Part shown: one piece after another, positions 53,009-62,980 of the stretch
How positions within the stretch are numbered: position 1 is the stretch's first letter
How the letters are laid out: every line of letters starts with the position of its first letter
Source of the DNA: an uncultured delta proteobacterium
Lineage (GTDB): Bacteria > Myxococcota_A > Polyangia > Haliangiales > Haliangiaceae
Direction: 5' to 3'
Length of the DNA stretch: 64,000 nucleotides
NCBI GenBank assembly: GCA_963848295.1
Contig: CAWKDB010000010.1
Location: 2,528,001 to 2,592,000 of the forward strand
Position numbers and translations under genes: made by a program
The notes under the pieces: model-generated
Told to the model about the DNA's origin: nothing
Databases searched by the model: none
What the model saw: only the letters and a program-made list of their open reading frames with translations

Positions 53009-55605
53009 AACGCGGTGGCGTGGCGCGCCGGCGCCGGCTTGTGGTCGTGCGCTGGCGCGCTCTTCACGTACTTGTCGAACCAGCGGATCATCTCGTAGAT
53101 CTCCTGCTCGTTCGACTCCATCGCGGAGTACCAGTGCGGTTCGTGCGGCAGCATCACGAGCCGAACCGTGCCGCCGTTGCCGCGGATCGCTTCGTAGAGC
53201 TTGACCGCTTGCAACGGTGTCGTACCCGGGTTCGCGTCGTCTTGGCCGTGCATGATCAGCAGCGGCAGCTTGATCTTGTCGGCGAAGAAGAACGGCGACA
53301 CCTTCAAGTACACCGACTGCGCTTGCCACACCGTGCGGCGCTCGTTCTGAAACCCGAACGGCGTGAGCGTCTTGTTATACGAGCCGCTGGTCGCTACGCC
53401 GGCGCGGAACAAGTCGGAGTGCGCGATCAAGTTGACGGTCATCAGCGCGCCGTGGCTATGACCGGTGACGCCGATCCGGTCGCGATCGACGACGCCGGTC
53501 TCGACCGCTTTGTCGACCGCGGCGCGGGCATCCTCGACGAGCTGCTCGAGGTAGGTGTCGTACGCCTTCTTCGGATCGCCGACGATCGGGAACGCGGCGT
53601 TGTCGATGATCGCGTAGCCGGCGAGCAACAGCAGCCGGTAGTCGTGGAGCTGCGTGAAGTACTGCTGCGAGCCGGTGACCTCGCCCGCCTTGGAGGCATC
53701 GGCGTAGTCGAGTGGATAGGCGTAGAGGATCGCGGGAATGCGCGTGCCCTCTCGGTAACCGGGCGGCGTGTACATCGTGAACGACAGGTCGACGCCGTCC
53801 TTGCGCTTGTACTTGACGAGCCGCTTCTTGATCTCGCGCACCGCGGGCGTCGGATCGGCGAGGTGAGTGACCGCGGTCACCGTCGAAGCGAAGCTCGCCT
53901 CGCCGGGGCTCGCGGGCGTCGCGGCACCGAGCGTTCGCAATAGCGCGTTCGGCGGATCGATCGGCGACTGGTGCCACGTTAGGAACGTGCGATCGGTCGC
54001 GCCGTTGAACGCGAGGAACGACTCGTACGCGGCCTTGTCGCTGCGAAACAGCCGCTCCGACTTTCGCGTCGCGGGATCGAAGCGATCGAGGAACGGCCGG
54101 TCGCCGTCGGGCGACGAGCCCCGGCCGCGAAGATAGATCGCACCGTTGCGGTCTTGGCGCGCGACCCAGGCGCCGTTCGGCAGCTCGCGCATCACGGGAT
54201 AGCCCGGATCCTTGTAGTGCTCGTCGCTCGATAGGTCCCACAGCACGCGCAGCGTGGGCTTCGGATCATCGACGTTCAACATGAACGTCCGCCGCCAGTG
54301 GCGATTGTCGTCGTACTCGTCGAGCAGCGCGAAGCTCGGGCGCTCGCCCCATTCGAAGCCGGCGTAGCGCTGTTCGGTCCGCGCGATCTCGACCGCCGGG
54401 CTCGTGAACGGTGCCTTCTGCATCATGATCTTGTCGCGCGCCGGGACCTTGACGTTCCAGTCGCCGCCGTCGAGCGCCTCCGCCCACACCAGCGTCGCCG
54501 GCTCGGTCGACCGCCACGACACGTCGCGCACACCGGTCGGCACGCCTTGGATCGGCACGCGATCCGCCAGCGGCAACGACGCGACGAGGTGTTTGTTGCC
54601 GTTGCGATCCCAGACCTCGATGTCGTGCGCGAACCGGTCGGCGGTCACGACATACGAGAACGGCTTGCGCAGCGTCGACACCAGCACGTGCTCGCCATCA
54701 GGTGCGACGTCGACATCATCGATCATCGCGGGCTGGCCGATCAGCGTCGTCGCGCCGGTCGCCGAGTCGACGATCGCGAGCTGGCTCGTCGCGTAGTACT
54801 CGAACAGATCTTCGTCGTGCTTGCTGTTCAGCGTGTCGCGCGCCTCGTACGTGCTGCTCTGTCCGGTCGCACCGTCGCTCTCCTGGATGCTCGGCCCGAA
54901 CGGCACGAGGGGTGCGGCGGGCGCGGGCCCGGCGTTCGCGGGGACGAGCTTGACGAGCAACGACCTGTGATCGGGGAGCCACGTCACCGTGCTGCCGAGC
55001 ATCGGGTTGAGCCGCCCGGTGCCGACCCGGTGGACCGCGCCGGTGGTCGCGTCGCCGATCCACAGCTCGACCGCGTCGCTCGACGTATTGTGGAACGCGA
55101 AGTGCTTGGCGTCCGGCGCCCAGTCGAAGCCATCGGCGCATCCGGGCGGCAGCGCGATGTGGCGGTCGTGGTCGGTCGCGACGTCGGCGAGCGCGAGATC
55201 GCGCGCGCACGGCGAGACTCCATAGCCGCCCGGCGTATCGTGCTTGCGCCGGGTGTTCGGCTCGAGCCGGATGCCGGCGAGCTTGAGGAACGGCTCGGCG
55301 ACCTGAGTCATCGGCGGGTACTCGACCCACGACACCAGCAGGATCGTCGCGCCGGTCGGGCTGACGTACGGCTGCGGCGGCGCCGGCGCGTACAGCACGT
55401 CGAGCACGTTCTTCGGCGGCTGGTCGTAGCCCGATGGCGGAGCGACCGCAGGCGGCGGGGGCGGAGCGACCGCAGGCGGCGGCGGGGTCACGACCGGCGG
55501 CGGCGATGCAGCCACGACCGGGGTCGGCGACACCGGGTGAGCCTGCGGGTTGGCACAGCTGACGAGGGCGGCGAGCGCTGCGAGCGCGAACGGCGAGCGA
55601 AGCAT
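53005..55605 (-). CDS. S9 family peptidase (glutamyl-endopeptidase-like) lipoprotein
   Basis: 'GHSHG' nucleophile, 'HGQDDAN', 'LPHEPH'. Confidence 0.9.
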   Translation of the reverse strand: MLRSPFALAALAALVSCANPQAHPVSPTPVVAASPPPVVTPPPPAVAPPPPPAVAPPSGYDQPPKNVLDVLYAPAPPQPYVSPTGATILLVSWVEYPPMTQVAEPFLKLAGIRLEPNTRRKHDTPGGYGVSPCARDLALADVATDHDRHIALPPGCADGFDWAPDAKHFAFHNTSSDAVELWIGDATTGAVHRVGTGRLNPMLGSTVTWLPDHRSLLVKLVPANAGPAPAAPLVPFGPSIQESDGATGQSSTYEARDTLNSKHDEDLFEYYATSQLAIVDSATGATTLIGQPAMIDDVDVAPDGEHVLVSTLRKPFSYVVTADRFAHDIEVWDRNGNKHLVASLPLADRVPIQGVPTGVRDVSWRSTEPATLVWAEALDGGDWNVKVPARDKIMMQKAPFTSPAVEIARTEQRYAGFEWGERPSFALLDEYDDNRHWRRTFMLNVDDPKPTLRVLWDLSSDEHYKDPGYPVMRELPNGAWVARQDRNGAIYLRGRGSSPDGDRPFLDRFDPATRKSERLFRSDKAAYESFLAFNGATDRTFLTWHQSPIDPPNALLRTLGAATPASPGEASFASTVTAVTHLADPTPAVREIKKRLVKYKRKDGVDLSFTMYTPPGYREGTRIPAILYAYPLDYADASKAGEVTGSQQYFTQLHDYRLLLLAGYAIIDNAAFPIVGDPKKAYDTYLEQLVEDARAAVDKAVETGVVDRDRIGVTGHSHGALMTVNLIAHSDLFRAGVATSGSYNKTLTPFGFQNERRTVWQAQSVYLKVSPFFFADKIKLPLLIMHGQDDANPGTTPLQAVKLYEAIRGNGGTVRLVMLPHEPHWYSAMESNEQEIYEMIRWFDKYVKSAPAHDHKPAPARHATAF

Positions 55606-55656
55606 GCGCGGAGCCTAGCGCAACCCGTCCAACGTTGTTGAGCTACGCTAGCGGCG

Positions 55657-56337
55657 TTGTCGATCCACGACTTGATCGCGGCAGAAGCGCGCGCGCAGCA
55701 ATTGCTCGACGAGTGCGCGCGCCAGGGTGCGATCATCGCGGGGACGACCGAGCGCGCGCTGAGCGAGCGCGTGTTCGCGATCGCCGAGACGATGTTCGGC
55801 GTGAAGCGCTACTGGCACAAGCGCATCGTGCGCGCCGGCCGCAACACCGTGCTGCCGTACGCCGCGAACCCGCCGGACTCGACGATCCAAGCCGACGACA
55901 TCGTGTTCTTCGACTTCGGCCCGGTGTTCGGCGAGTGGGAGGCCGACGTCGGTCGCACCGTCGTCATCGGCGATGATCCGCGCAGACATCAGCTCGCCTC
56001 GGATGTCGCGCGCGGCTGGGACCTCGCGTCGGAATATTTTCGCGCGCATCCCGACCTCACCGCCGCCGAGCTCTACGGTCACGTCGGCGAGCTCGCGCGC
56101 GGCTTCGGCTGGGACCAAGGCCACGTCCACTGCGGCCACGTCGTCGGGCGATTTCCGCACGAGCAAGAGCTCGACGACGACACGGTGTACCTGCGCGCCG
56201 ACAATCCGCGCCCGCTGCGCCGGCTCGGCCTGACCGGTCAACCGCTGCGCTGGATCCTCGAGATCCACTTCGTCGATCGCGCGCGCGAATTCGGCGGCTT
56301 TCAAGAAGCTCTGCTGCGCGAAGCCGACGAGCTCTGA
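55657..56337 (+). CDS. M24 family metallopeptidase
   Basis: 'DFGPVFGEWEADVGRT', 'GHVVGRFPH', 'WILEIH'. Confidence 0.9.
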   Translation: MSIHDLIAAEARAQQLLDECARQGAIIAGTTERALSERVFAIAETMFGVKRYWHKRIVRAGRNTVLPYAANPPDSTIQADDIVFFDFGPVFGEWEADVGRTVVIGDDPRRHQLASDVARGWDLASEYFRAHPDLTAAELYGHVGELARGFGWDQGHVHCGHVVGRFPHEQELDDDTVYLRADNPRPLRRLGLTGQPLRWILEIHFVDRAREFGGFQEALLREADEL

Positions 56338-56367
56338 GCGAAGCTCTCTTCTGGCTCGCGGCGATAC

Positions 56368-56685
56368 TCAAGCCGAGACGTGTCGCTTCTTCTCGAGCAG
56401 GCGCTTCGCTCGTATGCGTACGCGTTCGACGTCTCGATGCTCGGGACGCACATAACCCTGAGGGAACAGGATCTGGTGAGGCTCGATCCCGAGAGCGGCG
56501 GCCAGAAGAACCGCTCGGCGCACGCCTACATCGATCCGGTCATGCTCGATCGCCGATAGATTTGTGTAGCTAACGCCGGTGATCTGCTCGAGCTCCTTAA
56601 GGGTGAGGCCGAAATTCGTGCGAAACGCGCGGACGATTCGTCCGGGCGTTGCCTTGACCTGCGCTAGATCAAAAAAGTTCTTCAT
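56368..56685 (-). CDS. XRE-HTH antitoxin (HigA-like)
   Basis: 'LTLKELEQITGVSYTNLSAIEH'; coupled to the upstream toxin. Confidence 0.85.
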   Translation of the reverse strand: MKNFFDLAQVKATPGRIVRAFRTNFGLTLKELEQITGVSYTNLSAIEHDRIDVGVRRAVLLAAALGIEPHQILFPQGYVRPEHRDVERVRIRAKRLLEKKRHVSA

Positions 56686-56984
56686 TTCTTTCTCCGGTAG
56701 TCGTGATCGGTCGTGATGCGAACCACTGCGACGGTCACGACTTGTTGTTCGACCTTGTAGATGATTCGACCTACATGACTGAAGCTCGAAGCGCGGTGAC
56801 CACGCCATTCACCGTAGAGCGCATGGTCTGCCCACATGCCGGGGCGCGCGGCTAAGCATTCTGGTCCGAGATCACGCACGAGCTCGGCCCATTTCTGAAT
56901 CACGATCTTGTCGTCGGTGGTGAGCGCTTTGCCTTGGAATACGAGGGACGCCTCGTGTGTGATGTTCACCGTCCACTTGGCCAT
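56682..56984 (-). CDS. RelE/HigB-type mRNA interferase toxin
   Basis: 'DHALYGEWRGHRASSFSHVGRIIYKV...HDYR'. Confidence 0.85.
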   Translation of the reverse strand: MAKWTVNITHEASLVFQGKALTTDDKIVIQKWAELVRDLGPECLAARPGMWADHALYGEWRGHRASSFSHVGRIIYKVEQQVVTVAVVRITTDHDYRRKK

Positions 56985-56994
56985 CTCTCGCTAG

Positions 56995-57023
56995 ATTATA
57001 TCAAAATAAATACTGTATTGTAA
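56995..57023 (-). promoter_or_regulatory. sigma70-type promoter of the TA operon
   Basis: TTACAA-N17-TATAAT with extended TG in an AT-rich patch. Confidence 0.6.
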
Positions 57024-57120
57024 CCGATACATCAACGAGAGACCATAGACATCCGCTGGCTCGCTTCGCGGAGAGGCGAGGACATGAAATTGCACGCAAA
57101 ACTGCTTTCGTGACTAATCT

Positions 57121-57714
57121 CTAACCGCGGGCCGTGCGCAGCGCGCGCGCCCACCAGGCGAGGTTGTCGATCATCGTCGTCGCGCCCACCTCGACCGGCG
57201 CGAACAGCTCGGGGCTCGCAGGCGCCGTCTCCTTCATCGTCGCGAGATAGATGTCGCGCGGCAGATGCACCGCGTGCCGGATCGGCGCCATCTCGAGCTC
57301 GATCGAGACCTGGCGCAGCTGCTCGATCGCGCGCGAGCCGCCGACGCCGCCGTAGCCGAGGAACGAGATCGGCTTGCGATGCCATTCGCGAAACGCCCAA
57401 TCGAGCGCGTTCTTCACGACCGCGGTGTAGCCGTGGTTGTACTCGGCCGCGGTGATGACGAACCCATCCGCCGCCGCGATCTTCGCGGCCCAGCGGTTCG
57501 CGAGCGGGTTGCCGTAATCTCCGTCGGTGACGCGCGCGGGCGACTTCGGCTGGTCGAAGAACGGCAGCGGCCAATCGCGTAGGTCGACGAGCGTCGCGGC
57601 CAGCTCGGGGTGGCGATCGATTCGCCCCGCGATCCAGTGCGCCGGCTTGTCGCCGTAGCGACCTTCGCGCGTGCTGCCGATGATGACGAGGATCTCGAGC
57701 TTGGGGTCGGCCAT
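57121..57714 (-). CDS. NADPH-dependent FMN reductase
   Basis: 'IGSTREGR', 'AEYNHGY..VKNALDW'. Confidence 0.93.
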   Translation of the reverse strand: MADPKLEILVIIGSTREGRYGDKPAHWIAGRIDRHPELAATLVDLRDWPLPFFDQPKSPARVTDGDYGNPLANRWAAKIAAADGFVITAAEYNHGYTAVVKNALDWAFREWHRKPISFLGYGGVGGSRAIEQLRQVSIELEMAPIRHAVHLPRDIYLATMKETAPASPELFAPVEVGATTMIDNLAWWARALRTARG

Positions 57715-57733
57715 GTACTGCGCGGCGAAGATA

Positions 57734-58003
57734 CTACCGAGCGTCGCGCAACGCTGCCTCGAGCTCGGCGATCCGCTTGCGAGCCGCGGCGAGCTCGTCG
57801 CGCAGTCGCAAGATCACCTCGACCCCGGGCCAACCGACCTCGAGCTCGCGCACGAGCGTGTGCGCGACGAGCACGCGATCGACGTCGACCAGCGCGCGGT
57901 CGTCGCCGACCCGGGTGATCTCACCTTCCTCGACGAGGTGCGCGATCAGGTCGGCATCGCCGCCGACGAGCTCGACCAAGCGTTGATACGTGAACCGGGT
58001 CAT
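57734..58003 (-). CDS. cbpM: Chaperone modulator CbpM-like protein
   Basis: 'LVRELEVGWPGVEVILRL'; ATGA-coupled to the J-domain gene. Confidence 0.8.
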   Translation of the reverse strand: MTRFTYQRLVELVGGDADLIAHLVEEGEITRVGDDRALVDVDRVLVAHTLVRELEVGWPGVEVILRLRDELAAARKRIAELEAALRDAR

Positions 58004-58887
58004 AGCTTCAGCTCCTCGCGTAGCGGTTTGCTGTACGCGGTCGCGCTCGCGTGTAGCGCGGCGGCGAGTGCGGCATCTTCTTTGTCCGGCATCCGGACCT
58101 CGAGCGTCACGAGCAGATCGCCGCGCGCTTCCTTGCGCGCGATGCCCTTGCCGCGCAGCCGCAGCGTCGCGCCGTTCTGCGATCGCGGCGGCACCTTGAG
58201 CACGATCGCGCCGCCGAACGTCGGGACGTCGATGCTCGCACCGCTGTACGCCTCGTCGAGCGTCACCGGCAGCGTCATCTCGAGATCGAGGCCCTCGCGG
58301 CGTAGCCACGGATGCGGCATGACCTCGATCTCGATCACGAGATCACCGGGCGGCCCACCGCGCGCGCCCGGCGCCCCCTTGCCGGCGAGTCGGATCACCG
58401 ACCCGTTGTCGGCTCCGGGTGGGATCCGCACGCGCGTCTGGCCCTGGCCGGGAACGTCGATCGAGATCTCGGTGCCTTCGATCGCCTGGCGCAGATCCAT
58501 CTGCATCGCCGCGTGGACCTCGCCGCCGCGACTCGGTCCGCGCGCGCGGCCGAACAGCTCGGAGAAATCGAACTCGCGCTCGCCGGTGTCGTAGTGCTGG
58601 GCCTGCTGCTGCCGCGTGTCTTGCCAGCGCGCGTACTCGCGGGCCTTCGCAGCGTCGAACCCGCCTTGCAGCGAAGCGTCGCCGAACTCGTCGTACGCGG
58701 CGCGCTTCTTGTCGTCGGACAGCACGTCGTAGGCCGACGAGATCTGCTTGAACCGATCCTCGGCGGCCTTGTTACCCGGGTTGACGTCCGGGTGATGCTT
58801 GCGCGCGAGCTTGCGATACTTCTTGCGGATCTCGTCCGGGCTCGCGCCCTTCGCGACACCGAGCAGATCGTAGAGCGATTCGGCCAT
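58000..58887 (-). CDS. cbpA: DnaJ-class chaperone without zinc finger (CbpA-like)
   Basis: J-domain HPD motif; DnaJ C-terminal domain. Confidence 0.88.
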   Translation of the reverse strand: MAESLYDLLGVAKGASPDEIRKKYRKLARKHHPDVNPGNKAAEDRFKQISSAYDVLSDDKKRAAYDEFGDASLQGGFDAAKAREYARWQDTRQQQAQHYDTGEREFDFSELFGRARGPSRGGEVHAAMQMDLRQAIEGTEISIDVPGQGQTRVRIPPGADNGSVIRLAGKGAPGARGGPPGDLVIEIEVMPHPWLRREGLDLEMTLPVTLDEAYSGASIDVPTFGGAIVLKVPPRSQNGATLRLRGKGIARKEARGDLLVTLEVRMPDKEDAALAAALHASATAYSKPLREELKL

Positions 58888-58936
58888 CGCGCTGACCTTC
58901 CCGCGGCTCAGCCGGCAGTGCAATCGCGGGCGACGC

Positions 58937-58945
58937 TGCTATGAT
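58937..58945 (+). promoter_or_regulatory. Extended -10 promoter for the metG leader
   Basis: TGCTATGAT (TGn-TATGAT). Confidence 0.6.
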
Positions 58946-58951
58946 GTAGGT

Positions 58952-59023
58952 GTGAACCCCGCGCTGCGAATGCCGATGCCCATGCGCTCTTCGAGAGCAT
59001 CGGGCATCCGTGCGCGCACGTAA
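58952..59023 (+). CDS. Putative Met-rich leader peptide (MNPALRMPMPMRSSRASGIRART)
   Basis: GTG start 7 nt after the -10; three internal ATG codons overlapping a hairpin. Confidence 0.5.
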   Translation: MNPALRMPMPMRSSRASGIRART

Positions 59024-59101
59024 CTAACGACGCCGAGCGGCTGCCCTCGTGGCGGCTGCAACAACGCGCGAGGGCGGCCTCCGGCAAACCCGGAGATCGC
59101 C

Positions 59102-60640
59102 ATGACCACGTCCTTCATCACGACTGCCATTCCCTACGTCAACGCCCGCCCGCACCTCGGGTTCGCGTACGAGCTCGTCCTCGCCGACGTGCTCGCGCGC
59201 CATCATCGCCGCCGCGGCCGCGTCGTCCGGTTCATCACCGGCACCGATGACAACAGCCTGAAGAATGTCGTCGCTGCGCAGCGCGAAGGCCTGTCGCCGC
59301 GCGCGCTCGTCGACCGCAACGCCGCGGCATTCGCAGGGCTAGGGCCCTTGCTCGGCGTCGCGACCGACGACTTCATCCGGACATCGAGCGATCCGCGCCA
59401 CCTCGCGGCGGTCGATTGGTTGTGGCGCGCGTGCAGCGCGAGCGGCGATTTGTATGTCCAGCGCTGGCAAGGTCGCTACTGCGCCGGTTGCGAGGCGTTC
59501 GTCGACGACGATGTCGCGATCTGCGCCGAGCACGGCACCGCACCGGAGCCGGTCAGCGAGCCGAACTGGTTCTTCCGGCTATCGCGCTGGCGCGAACCGG
59601 TCCGCGACGCGATCGCCTCCGGCCGACTCGAGATCGTTCCCGACGCTGCGCGCGCCGAGATCCTCGGGTTTCTCGACGGCGAGGTTCGCGACCTCAGCGT
59701 GTCGCGCGTCGCGACTAGATCGAGCGGCTGGGGCATTACGGTCCCCGGTGACCCGAGCCAAGTGATCTACGTGTGGTTCGACGCGCTCGCGAACTACCTC
59801 GCCGCGCTCGGTCTCGGCGGTGATGCGGCGTTGCTCGATCGCTATTGGCGCGACGGCGAGACCACGCACGTGATCGGCAAAGGCATCACGCGATTCCACG
59901 CCGCGTACTGGCCGGCGTTCTTGCTGTCAGCCGGCCTGCCGCTGCCCGATCGCATCCTCGTCCACGGCTACCTCACGGTCGACGGCGACAAGATCAGCAA
60001 GTCCGGTCGCAACGTGGAGGTCGCGCCGGTCGTCGAGCAGGTCGGCGCCGATGCGTTGCGCTGGTACTTCGCGCGCCGGTGCCGGACGCGAGCCGACTCC
60101 GACGTCTCGCTCGCCGCGATCTGCGACGCGTACGATGGCGATCTCGCGGACCGACTCGGCAACCTCGTGCAGCGCTGCAGCGCGCTCGCCGCGAAGTTGT
60201 GCGCGGGTTGCGTGCCCGAGCCGAGCGACACGCCGGCCGCGACCGAGCTGCGTGCCCGTGCCGAGGCGCTACCGGCGCGGATCGACACCGCGCTCCGCGC
60301 GTTCCTACTCGACGATGCCGCGGCGGCGATCGTCGACGCGCTCGATGCCGCGAATCGCTACCTCGAGCAGATCGCGCCGTGGCGGTTGCAGCGCAGCGAT
60401 CCGGCCGCGGCCGCCGGCGCTCTCTACGCGCCGCTCGAGCTCGCGCGGTTCGTCGCAGGCGAGCTGTCGCCGTTCGTGCCGGGCGTCGCGCAGACCATCG
60501 CGGCGGCCCTGGGAACCGAGGATCTCGCCGCGCTCTGGGGCGTACTACGAGCGGGACACCCCTTGCGGATCGGTCCGCCGCCACTGCCCCGAAAGGGTGC
60601 GGTTCGCGAGAGATCAGCGACCGAGGCGATCCGGCGGTAG
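59102..60640 (+). CDS. metG: Methionine--tRNA ligase (short form, divergent motifs)
   Basis: 'ITTAIPYVNARPHLGF', 'YVWFDAL', 'IGKGI..FHA.YWP', 'KISKS'. Confidence 0.9.
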   Translation: MTTSFITTAIPYVNARPHLGFAYELVLADVLARHHRRRGRVVRFITGTDDNSLKNVVAAQREGLSPRALVDRNAAAFAGLGPLLGVATDDFIRTSSDPRHLAAVDWLWRACSASGDLYVQRWQGRYCAGCEAFVDDDVAICAEHGTAPEPVSEPNWFFRLSRWREPVRDAIASGRLEIVPDAARAEILGFLDGEVRDLSVSRVATRSSGWGITVPGDPSQVIYVWFDALANYLAALGLGGDAALLDRYWRDGETTHVIGKGITRFHAAYWPAFLLSAGLPLPDRILVHGYLTVDGDKISKSGRNVEVAPVVEQVGADALRWYFARRCRTRADSDVSLAAICDAYDGDLADRLGNLVQRCSALAAKLCAGCVPEPSDTPAATELRARAEALPARIDTALRAFLLDDAAAAIVDALDAANRYLEQIAPWRLQRSDPAAAAGALYAPLELARFVAGELSPFVPGVAQTIAAALGTEDLAALWGVLRAGHPLRIGPPPLPRKGAVRERSATEAIRR

Positions 60641-60660
60641 GCGATCGTCGTAGTTGTGGC

Positions 60661-61881
60661 GTGGGAGTCGCCTCTATCGGCCGAAGTCGCCGCAAGCTCG
60701 CCGTGTTCGCACTCGGGGCCATTGGCCTCGCGATCGCGCTGACCGCGACGGCGTTCGTCGCCCCGAATCGCACCGCGACCGCGGCGGTCGTGTACACGCC
60801 GCACGATCCGAACGCGGTCGTCGCTCGCGTGCCGACCCGCGACCCGAATGAGGTCGCGGCGCGCCAGGCCTTGTCGGCGTCACCGGATCGCGTCGAGCTC
60901 GCGGTCCAGCTCGCGCGCGCCGACATCCAGCGCTCGCGCGCGTTGCAAGATCCGCGTTACCTCGGCCGCGCGCAAGCGACGCTCGGCCGGTGGTGGAAGC
61001 TCGCGGCACCGCCGCCCGACGTCCTGCTGCTGCGCGCGACGATCGAACAGTCGCTGCACGATTTTCCCACCGCTCGCGCCGATCTCGATCAGCTGATCGC
61101 GGTGCGCCCGGGCGACGCACAAGCCCACCTCACGCGCGCCGTGGTCGCGACCGTGATGGCCGACTATCCCGCGGCGCGAGCGAGTTGCAACGCGCTCGTG
61201 CCGATCGCCCCGCCGCTCGTCGTCGCGACCTGTGTCGCGCCGCTCGACGCGCTCGCCGGCCACGCCGACGATGCGTATCGCTCGCTCGCCGCCGCGATCG
61301 CCGACCTCGGGCGCCGCCCCGATCCGACGCTGAAAGAGTGGGCGCTGACCACGCTCGCCGAGCTCGCGACCCAACGCGGCGACGATGCCGGCGCGGCCGA
61401 GGCGCTCGATCAGGCGCTCGCGCTCGACCCCGACGACGCGTATGCGCGCGCGGCGCGCGCCGATGTCGAGCTGTGGACCGGTCATCCCGCGGAGGCCTCG
61501 GCGCTGCTCGTCGGCACCGACGTGATCGACAACTTGCTCGTCCGCCACGCGATCGCCGAGCACCGCGCGCACGGTCCGGACGCGGCGCGGCTCGCCGGGT
61601 TGATGCATGCGCGGATCGCGGCTGCCGCCGAGCGCGGTGACCGCGTCCACATGCGCGAAGAAGCGCGGTTCACGCTCGAGGTCGACGGCGATGCGACCCG
61701 CGCGCTGCCGATCGCTCGCGACAACTGGGGCGTCCAGCACGAGCTCGCGGATGCGCGCTTGCTCGCCGAGGTCGCCGCCGCCGCGGGCGATGCCGACGCC
61801 GCCGAGCCGGTGCGCGCCTGGCGACGCGCGAACGGCGTCCACGACGCGCAGCTCGACCACTGGCTCGGAGGTGCACGATGA
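60661..61881 (+). CDS. TPR protein
   Basis: N-terminal TM; 'DPRYLGRAQA...QSLHDF'; start uncertain. Confidence 0.8.
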   Translation: MGVASIGRSRRKLAVFALGAIGLAIALTATAFVAPNRTATAAVVYTPHDPNAVVARVPTRDPNEVAARQALSASPDRVELAVQLARADIQRSRALQDPRYLGRAQATLGRWWKLAAPPPDVLLLRATIEQSLHDFPTARADLDQLIAVRPGDAQAHLTRAVVATVMADYPAARASCNALVPIAPPLVVATCVAPLDALAGHADDAYRSLAAAIADLGRRPDPTLKEWALTTLAELATQRGDDAGAAEALDQALALDPDDAYARAARADVELWTGHPAEASALLVGTDVIDNLLVRHAIAEHRAHGPDAARLAGLMHARIAAAAERGDRVHMREEARFTLEVDGDATRALPIARDNWGVQHELADARLLAEVAAAAGDADAAEPVRAWRRANGVHDAQLDHWLGGAR

Positions 61882-62972
61882 TCCGCAGCCTCGCGTTCGC
61901 ACTCGTCGGCGTCGCGCTCACCGCGACGTCCGCGTTCGCTCACAAACCGAGCGACGCGCAGCTCCATCTCGCGGTCGACGGCGATCGCCTGACCGGCCGA
62001 CTCGACATCGCGCTGCGCGACCTCGACGGCGCGCTCGGTCTCGACGGCAACGGCGATGGTGCGCTCACCTGGGCCGAGGTCACGACCGCCGCGCCGCGGA
62101 TCGCGACGTACGTCGAGGACCGGCTCCAGCTCGCCGCCGATGGCACGCCGTGCTCGCTCGCGCTCGGCACCGCCGCGCTCGTCGATCTGTCCGACGGCGC
62201 GTACTGGGCGCTGCCGGTCACCGCGACCTGCGCCGCGCCACCGCGCGAGCTCGCGATCACGTATCGCCTGCTGTTCGATCTCGACGCCCAGCACCGCGGG
62301 CTCGTTCACCTCGAGGCGAACGGCTCGACCCAGACCGTGATCGTGCGCAGCGCCGAGCCGGTGACCGTGACGATCGGCGCGGCGACGTCGTTCCGCGCGT
62401 TCGTCAAGGAGGGCGTCTGGCACATCTGGATGGGGCTCGACCACATCCTGTTTCTCACGTGTCTGATCTTGCCCGCGGTGTTCCAGCGCCGAACCGAGCG
62501 CTGGCAGCCCGCCGACTCGCTGCGCGACGTCGCGGTCGAGGTGTTCGAGATCGTGACCGCGTTCACGCTCGCCCATTCGATCACGCTCGTGATCTCGGCG
62601 GTCGGGTTGATCCGCTTGCCGTCGCGCTTTGTCGAGACCGCGATCGCGCTGTCGGTCGTCGCGGCCGCCGCCAACAACTTGTTGCGCGCGATCGATGCGC
62701 GCTGGGCGGTCGCGTTCGCGCTCGGCCTGCTGCACGGGTTCGGGTTCTCGAGCGTGCTGATCGATCTCGGCCTGCCGTCGCGCGAGCTGATCGGCGCCCT
62801 GCTCGGCTTCAATATCGGCGTCGAGATCGGCCAAGCGGCGATCGTGCTCGTACTGCTTCCGACGCTGTTCCTGATTCGCCGCTCGCTCGCCTACCAGGCG
62901 GTCCTGTGGGCGGGTTCCGCCACGGTCGCCGTGATCGCCCTGATCTGGTCCTACCAACGCTGTTTCGTATGA
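61878..62972 (+). CDS. HupE/UreJ family protein
   Basis: 'GVWHIWMGLDHILFL', 'FTLAHSITL', 'GLLHGFGF', 'GFNIGVEIGQ'. Confidence 0.92.
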   Translation: MIRSLAFALVGVALTATSAFAHKPSDAQLHLAVDGDRLTGRLDIALRDLDGALGLDGNGDGALTWAEVTTAAPRIATYVEDRLQLAADGTPCSLALGTAALVDLSDGAYWALPVTATCAAPPRELAITYRLLFDLDAQHRGLVHLEANGSTQTVIVRSAEPVTVTIGAATSFRAFVKEGVWHIWMGLDHILFLTCLILPAVFQRRTERWQPADSLRDVAVEVFEIVTAFTLAHSITLVISAVGLIRLPSRFVETAIALSVVAAAANNLLRAIDARWAVAFALGLLHGFGFSSVLIDLGLPSRELIGALLGFNIGVEIGQAAIVLVLLPTLFLIRRSLAYQAVLWAGSATVAVIALIWSYQRCFV

Positions 62973-62980
62973 GGCCCACC

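Noticed and set aside
58950..59100. SAM riboswitch or T-box upstream of metG
   Set aside because: SAM-I core and T-box consensus not seen by eye; an Rfam search is still needed
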